This document shows positions 58,341-64,000 of a stretch of 64,000 nt of DNA, in pieces; the stretch's first letter is position 1; each line of letters starts with the position of its first letter. Source of the stretch: an uncultured Acidobacteriota bacterium (GTDB lineage: Bacteria; Acidobacteriota; Vicinamibacteria; Vicinamibacterales; CAVVIG01); NCBI GenBank assembly GCA_963780685.1, contig CAWACZ010000004.1:71879-135878 (forward strand), given 5' to 3'. The notes under the pieces are model-generated. The model had not been told where the DNA came from. It saw only the letters and a program-made list of their open reading frames with translations, and did no database searches. The position numbers and the translations under genes were made by a program.

Positions 58341-59402
58341 CTAACGGGTCTCGGCGACGTCGCCTTTCCTGACGGCCCGTTCCTCCCTCGCGGCGCCGGT
58401 TCGGGTGAAATGCGTGACGGCGCCCTGCGCGTTCGTGACGAACTCGATCGCGACCTGACTCAGGCTCGAGAGGAACACGGTCTCGGAGCGAGCCACGAAG
58501 AGACGGTCAGCAGGATTGGCGCTGTCCTGAATGATCAGCTGCTGGCCGGCGACGGTGACCACGGCGGTCCGCCCCGGCGCGAACTCATAAGTCCCGGCGT
58601 ACTTCGACAGAAGTTCCGGCGAGAGACTGACCCCGGATGTCAGGTGCGCGCCGGAGCGCTCGTTCTCGCAGATGTCTTCCAGGAGATCGGTATCGGCCGC
58701 CAGGGTTTTCTCGACGCGAAGGGTAAACGGCTTGGCAAACGTCTTCGGATCCTCGAAGGTCATTTCCAATTCAAGATGACCGAAGTCGCGGCGCCGAAAG
58801 CGTTCGGTGATCCGAAGCGTCTCGGTCTGTGGATGGCCGCCCACGTCGAGCCACCCCTTGTCGTTGAACCCTGCGGAATTGATGACCAGCGTGTCCTGTT
58901 CCCAGTGCCCGATCGAGTACCCCAGCCACGCGGGATTCGGATCCTTGGGAAGCTCCCGGCCGTCTGTGAAGATCGTTCGATGGGGACTGTTGGGAGATTC
59001 GTGCAACATGACGATCAGTTGGGGGGTTTGGACAATCCTCGACAGGCCGCGAAAATTGAGGAACGGAACGCTCACCGGAAGGCAGCGAGCCAGCGGACTG
59101 TCCTTCCTGAAGTCCTGAACGCGCTGCAGGCGCACCGATTCGGCCCAGGGCAGAACCTCTCCGGGCTTCAGGGTCTGGGCGACGTTGTAGTCGAATCCAT
59201 ACTCGCCGGTCCGCATCGCACGCCAGACGCCGGACAGGTCTGGTTTGCCGTCCGATGTTCGAGGTGTCGGCGCGGAAAGGTTGGGCTTGCCATCCGGCAA
59301 GCGAGGGAGTCCAGGGGTCGGGTAGTTGATCCACTGGGCGGAGGCCGGCGCAGACAGCACACACGCCAGCGCGACAGCAGCGGGGACAAGTCTTGCTCTC
59401 AT
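58341..59402 (-). CDS. secreted protein of unknown function (distant paralog of 4298..5347)
   Basis: GGAGG RBS. MRARLVPAAVALACVLSAPASAQ signal. RIVQTPQLIVMLHE..HRTIFTDG, GYSIGHWEQDTLVINS, LRITERFRRRDFGHLELEMTFEDP. Confidence 0.75.
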   Translation of the reverse strand: MRARLVPAAVALACVLSAPASAQWINYPTPGLPRLPDGKPNLSAPTPRTSDGKPDLSGVWRAMRTGEYGFDYNVAQTLKPGEVLPWAESVRLQRVQDFRKDSPLARCLPVSVPFLNFRGLSRIVQTPQLIVMLHESPNSPHRTIFTDGRELPKDPNPAWLGYSIGHWEQDTLVINSAGFNDKGWLDVGGHPQTETLRITERFRRRDFGHLELEMTFEDPKTFAKPFTLRVEKTLAADTDLLEDICENERSGAHLTSGVSLSPELLSKYAGTYEFAPGRTAVVTVAGQQLIIQDSANPADRLFVARSETVFLSSLSQVAIEFVTNAQGAVTHFTRTGAAREERAVRKGDVAETR

Positions 59403-59496
59403 CTCGACCTCCGTACAAGGGGCCATCATATACCTGTGGACGCGGTGAGAGCCGCAAGGATGAAGGATCGCTGCAGGCGGTGGGAGCTATCCGAAA

Positions 59497-61509
59497 ATGA
59501 CCGCGCGGACTTTCTGCAGGAACTTCGACGTTTCGATCGGCTTGGCGCAGGACGCGTTGTAGCCGGCCGCGAGCGCTCTCCCCCGATCCTCGGGCCGCGC
59601 ATACGCGCTGACGGCAATCGCCGGTACGTCCGCGGTAGAGCTCTCGGACGCGTTGGATCAATTCGTACCCGTCCATGTCCGGCATGGCGATGTCGGCGAC
59701 GATCAGTCGCACGTCACGTTTCTTCAACGTCTCGAGCGCGGCATTCGCGGAATCGCATTGCACGACATGCGCGCCGCACCGCTCGAAAATCGCATCCAGC
59801 AGCTCGCGAGAGTCTCGCTGGTCGTCGACGACGACCACCGTTGCACCGTCCAGACGCAGCTCGACGTCGGACTCCCCCCTCCGTGGCTGCGCTTCGCTTG
59901 GCGCCATGCGAGGCTGATCCGCGGAACGGGCCGGCAGCCGGATCGTGACCGCCGTGCCTCGATCGCGGCCCTCGCTGTACGCCCGGATTTCGCCCTGGTG
60001 CTGCTCGACCAGGTGGCGGGCGATCGCGAGACCGAGCCCGAGGCCTCCGTGTCTGCGCGTCGATCGGCTGTCGGCTTGTCGAAACCGGTCGAAGACGTAG
60101 GGGAGAAAGTCTGCCTCGATGCCGATGCCTGTGTCTCGAACCTCGATCTCAATCGATTCGTCCTCGGCCGTACAGCGAATCTCCACGCGGCCGCCTTCCG
60201 GAGTGAATTTCGTCGCATTGGCCACGACGTTGCCGAGGATCTGATGGAGCCGTTTCGGATCTCCCTCGATCGGAGGGAGATCCTCGGGCACCGTCCTCAC
60301 GAGCGCAATGTGCTTGGCGTTGGCGCTTGGCAACGCTCCGCTGACGACCGTGTCAATCAGTTGGGGTATCGCCACGAGCCGTGTCTCGACTTCGAGCTTG
60401 CCTGAAATGATGCGCGAGATATCGAGGATGTCTTCGATGAGTTGTGCCTGCAACCGGGCATTGCGACCGATGATGTTGATCGCCTGGCGGGCGCGTTCGG
60501 GGTTGAGACCGCCCGATTGCATCATTTGCACCCAACCGAGGATCGCGTTCAGCGGCGTTCGCAGCTCGTGCGACAGCGTGGCGAGGAATTCGTCTTTCAG
60601 CCTGCTCGCCTCCTCCGCCGCGGCAATTCGCGCCAGCTCCGCCTCCTTGCGGCGCGTCGTCATCATGCACACGCCCGTCATGCGTACAGGCCGTCCGTTG
60701 TCGTATTCGACTCGCCCTTTGCCTTCAACCCAGCGAACGCTGCCGTCCGGCGCGACGATGCGGTACTCGACGTCGTGTGGAATGCCCTCAGCCATGGCCC
60801 GTTGCACCGATGCCAGGACGCGAGCGCGGTCCTCCGGGTGAATCTCGCGTTCGTAGCTGCCGAAGGTTCCGTCGAAGGTGCCCGCACGCAGTCCATGAAG
60901 TTGTTCGAGATTGTCGGACCACTGAACGGCCTGCGTCGTCACATCCCAATCCCAGGTTCCCATCGACGCGGCCTCCAGCGCAAAGCGGAGGCGTGCCTCG
61001 CGGCGGCGCGCTTGCTCCTCAGCCCGGGTCCGCTCCACGGCGAAGGCGATCTGCGATGCGACGACGCCGGCGAGTTGGAGCTCTTCGACACTGAGGGCTC
61101 GCGGCACCTCGTAATAGAGCATGAACTTGCCGATCACCCGACCGAGGCTGACGAGCGGGACGAACGCCATCGCCGCAATGTTCTCGGCCTGGATGGTCGG
61201 CAGAAACGGAGCCAGCGAGGGATCCTGGGTGACGTCGCTGACGACGATGGGCTCGGGATCGCGGCTGTCGGGTCTCCAGGGCGTGTGGCCTTCCACGGTA
61301 CGGCGATACGTCTCGGACAGGTTCCGGTACGCCTTGAAGCGCATCACCCCGTCGGGGTCGACCAGAAGGATCGAGGCACGAGACACCTCGAGACCGTCTG
61401 CCAGCGCGTCCAAGGCGATGTCGTAGATTTCTTCGACCGTGCGGGTGCTGCTGATCGCCCGTGTCAGCGTGAGGCATACCGCTATTTGCGAATTCGACGC
61501 GGTGAGCAT
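59497..61509 (-). pseudogene. hybrid sensor histidine kinase (GAF-PAS-HisKA-HATPase-REC), one frame change inside the receiver domain (~59640)
   Basis: FLATLSHELRTPLNAILGW (H-box), GDPKRLHQILGNVVANATKF (N), VRDTGIGI (G1), GGLGLGLAI (G2), VVVVDDQRDSRELL...IVADIAMPDMDGYELIQRVRE (REC). The tail STADVPAIAVSAYARPEDRGRALAAGYNASCAKPIETSKFLQKVRAVIFG* is in another frame, stop at 59497. Track ORF 58771..61638 merges this gene with out-of-frame sequence. Confidence 0.85.
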
Positions 61510-61810
61510 TAGGCACACTCCGGGCGCCGGTGATTGTACTGAACAACTGGGCCTTGATGCGACGTTACTCGTGCAAGCGGATACCGAAGCGAAGGCGCGA
61601 TTGGCGGGCTTCGGATAATCTGCCGCCTCATCCGCCAAAATACCGTGCAGTTATGGACGTGGATGATTCCGTCGACGTTCTCGGCCCGCGCTTGCCCACG
61701 GGAGCAGGGAAGCACTCATTCGCTCTCCAGATTGATTCGTCTCACGATCCCGATCCGCATTAGGATATGCGGCCTGACCGGCGCCAGCGTTCGCAAGACC
61801 CCTCACCACC

Positions 61811-62825
61811 ATGCCTCAGATCATCGTCGATCGTCTGGTGAAGACATTCCGTGTGTCCGAGCGCACGGCCGGACTCTGGGGAGCCGTTCGTGGCCTGGTG
61901 CGGCGGCAGCACCGGACGGTCCGGGCGTTGGACGGGATTTCGTTTGCGCTCGATGCCGGCGAGCTGGTCGGCTACATCGGACCGAACGGCGCCGGCAAAT
62001 CGACGACGGTCAAGACGCTGGCCGGGATTCTCGTTCCCGACAGCGGCCGGTGCGAGGTCCTGGGCCGCGTGCCGTGGCGCGAGCGCATCGCTCACGTCTC
62101 CCGAATCGGCGTCGTCTTCGGCCAGCGCACGCAGCTCTGGTGGGACCTGCCCGTCATGGAATCGTTCGAGCTGCTGCGCGACATCTATCGCGTGCCGAAC
62201 GAGAAATATCACGCCGCGCGCGATGAATTGATTGCCCTCCTGGATCTGGAGCCGCTGCTCGACGTGCCGGTGCGACAGCTCAGCCTGGGCCAGCGGATGC
62301 GCTGCGACCTCGCCGCCGCGCTGCTTCACGCTCCGCCGATCCTGTTCCTCGACGAGCCGACGATCGGCCTCGACGCGGTCTCCAAGCTCGCCGTCCGCGA
62401 TTTCGTGAAGCGGCTGAACCGCGAGCGCGGCGTCACCGTGATCCTGACGACGCACGACATGGACGACATCGAGGCGTTGTGCACGCGCGTGATCGTGATC
62501 GGTGATGGACGGATCCTGTCGGATGGCACGTTGAGCGAGCTGCGAAGCCGGGTGACGCGGGAACGGTGGCTGACGGTGGACCTCGTCGAGCCATCTGAAG
62601 CCGATTCAAGATCCCGACGCGACGGTCATCCGGCAGGATGGACACCGCGTCTGCCTGGCATTCGATCCGCAGCAGGTGTCGCCCGCCGAGCTGATTCGCC
62701 GCGTGACGAGCGCCCACGCCATTCGCGATCTGTTCGTCGAGAACCCGCCGATCGAGACGATCGTCGCGCGTCTCTATGGCCATTCGATGCCGGTCCCCTC
62801 GCATACGGCGGAATCACGTTCGTGA
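61811..62825 (+). pseudogene. ABC transporter ATP-binding protein (ABC-2 exporter type), one frame change (~62590)
   Basis: GPNGAGKSTTVK (Walker A), LSLGQRMR (signature), ILFLDEPTIGLD (Walker B). The C-terminal IQDPDATVIRQDGHRVCLAFDPQQVSPAELIRRVTSAHAIRDLFVENPPIETIVARLY is in another frame. Confidence 0.8.
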
Positions 62826-62876
62826 CGACGGCGAAGCCTCCGCCCTTACGTCGCGATCGTCAGCGCCCGGTTTCGG

Positions 62877-63654
62877 ATGCTGCTGCAGTACCGCGCGGCG
62901 GCGCTGGGCGGACTCTGGACGCAGATCTTCTTCGGCGTCGTGCTCTTGGGAATCTACGAGGCGTTCTACCGCTCCACCACGCGTCCGCAGCCGATGACCT
63001 TTCCCGAAATCGTGAGTTATGTCTGGCTTGGGCAGGCGCTGCTGGCGATGCTGCCGTGGAACGCCGATGCCGACGTCCGCGCAATGGTTCGAAGCGGCGC
63101 CGTGGCATACGAGCTCTGCCGACCGATGGACCTGTACAACCTGTGGTACGCGCGGGCGCTCGCATGGCGGACCGCGCCGACTGTGCTGCGCGCCGTGCCG
63201 CTGTGTCTGTTCGCATCGATCGGTTTGCCGTTGATTGGCCTCGACGAGTGGCGGCTCGCCGCTCCGCCCTCTCTCGCGTCCGCTCTCGCTTTCAGCGCCG
63301 CGCTCGTGTGCGCGCTCCTCCTCGGCTGCGCGTTGACCACGCTCATCAACATCAGTCTGCTCTGGACGGTCAGCGGCGAAGGCGCTGTCATCCTGATGGT
63401 CACCCTCGTGAACGTTCCTTTCCGGCATGATGATCCCACTTCCCCTGTTTCCAGACTGGGCACAGCCGATCGTGCTGGCGCTTCCGTTCGCCGGGCTGGT
63501 CGATCTGCCCTTCCGTCTCTTCACGGGCCACATTCCGCCGCGCGCCGTCATTTCGGTCGTCGCACACCAGCTTCTCTGGACGGCGGCACTCGTGCTCTTC
63601 GGCCGATGGCTGCTCTCCCGGGGCATGCGGCGGGTCGTCGTGCAGGGTGGTTGA
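62877..63654 (+). pseudogene. ABC-2 family permease (DUF990-like) 1, one frame change (~63415); true start probably upstream
   Basis: MLLQYRAAALGGLWTQIFFGVVLLGIYEAFY...WTVSGEGAVILMVTLVNV, then MMIPLPLFPDWAQPIVLALPFAGLVDLPFRLFTG in the next frame (track ORF 63427). Confidence 0.7.
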
Positions 63655-63655
63655 G

Positions 63656-64000
63656 ATGCACGCCTTGCGACTCTATGGCCGCTACGCCTCGATTTCGCTG
63701 CGCGCGCAGATGGAGTACCGCGCATCGTTCGTGATGCAGGCGGTTGGGCAGTTCCTCATCACCGGCGTTGAGTTCATCGGGATCTTGCGCTCTTCAGCCG
63801 CTTCGGTGAAATCCGGGGCTGGACGCTGTACGAGGTGGCCTTCTTGTACGGGCTGATTTCGATCACCTGGGCCGTCGCCGACGCCGTGGCCCACGGATTC
63901 GATACATTCGGAAACATGGTGAAGCACGGGGAATTCGATCGGATTCTGATGCGGCCGCGATCGACCGTGCTGCAGCTGTTCGGTCAGGAGCTGACACTGC
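63656..64000 (+). pseudogene. ABC-2 family permease (DUF990-like) 2, partial at window end, one frame change (~63790)
   Basis: MHALRLYGRYASISLRAQMEYRASFVMQAVGQFLITGVEFIGI, then LFSRFGEIRGWTLYEVAFLYGLISITWAVADAVAHGFDTFGNMVKHGEFDRILMRPRS in another frame. Confidence 0.65.

Noticed and set aside
58197-59948. 583-aa + strand ORF
   Set aside because: It is antisense to the well-supported secreted protein (58341..59402) and histidine kinase genes. Its Arg/Gly/Pro-rich composition is typical of spurious ORFs in high-GC DNA.
58771-61638. Single 955-aa protein
   Set aside because: The real histidine kinase leaves this frame inside its receiver domain (~59640) and stops at 59497. The remainder of the ORF is out-of-frame read-through over the next gene.
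1-64000. tRNA, rRNA and tmRNA genes
   Set aside because: I scanned the intergenic regions by eye for T-loop-like GGTTCGAATCC motifs and cloverleaf-sized structures and found none. This is a visual search only; tRNAscan-SE or Infernal would be decisive.

Overview
64-kb, visibly high-GC bacterial chromosomal segment. No search was run, but the gene content suggests Acidobacteriota: PadR plus an ADOP-type duplicated FtsX permease, TIGR02999-like ECF sigma factors overlapping Ser/Thr kinases with TolB-like beta-propeller tails, a DUF1592/DUF1552 pair, and an Acidobacteria-style TonB-receptor N-terminus. About 60 loci are supportable. Roughly 40 are intact CDS: redox/detox enzymes, MFS and Kef-type transporters, a split NHEJ polymerase plus ligase, an IorAB-like oxidoreductase, ArsR/PadR/TetR regulators, MscS and others. 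About 16 loci, including a hybrid histidine kinase and all three genes of an ABC-2 exporter, have an interrupted homologous reading frame. No rRNA, tRNA or CRISPR array was seen. Main observations: (1) a mosaic tandem array of ECF-sigma/kinase cassettes with a ~0.9-kb near-identical direct repeat and orphan 5-prime and 3-prime gene fragments; (2) two diverged, oppositely oriented copies of a ~0.6-0.7 kb non-coding element bounded by a 26-27 nt inverted terminal motif related to a GCAGGCC-TTTA-GGCCTGC palindrome, one copy abutting a truncated kinase and showing extreme G/C strand skew; (3) about 45 frame breaks plus one in-frame TAA, concentrated in paralog-rich families and partly arranged as compensating clusters, while ~27 kb of neighbouring CDS is clean; (4) a Kef/RCK antiporter fused to a UBP-type zinc finger; (5) several palindromic operators and short tandem motifs in intergenic spacers. 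All alignments and counts are by hand.
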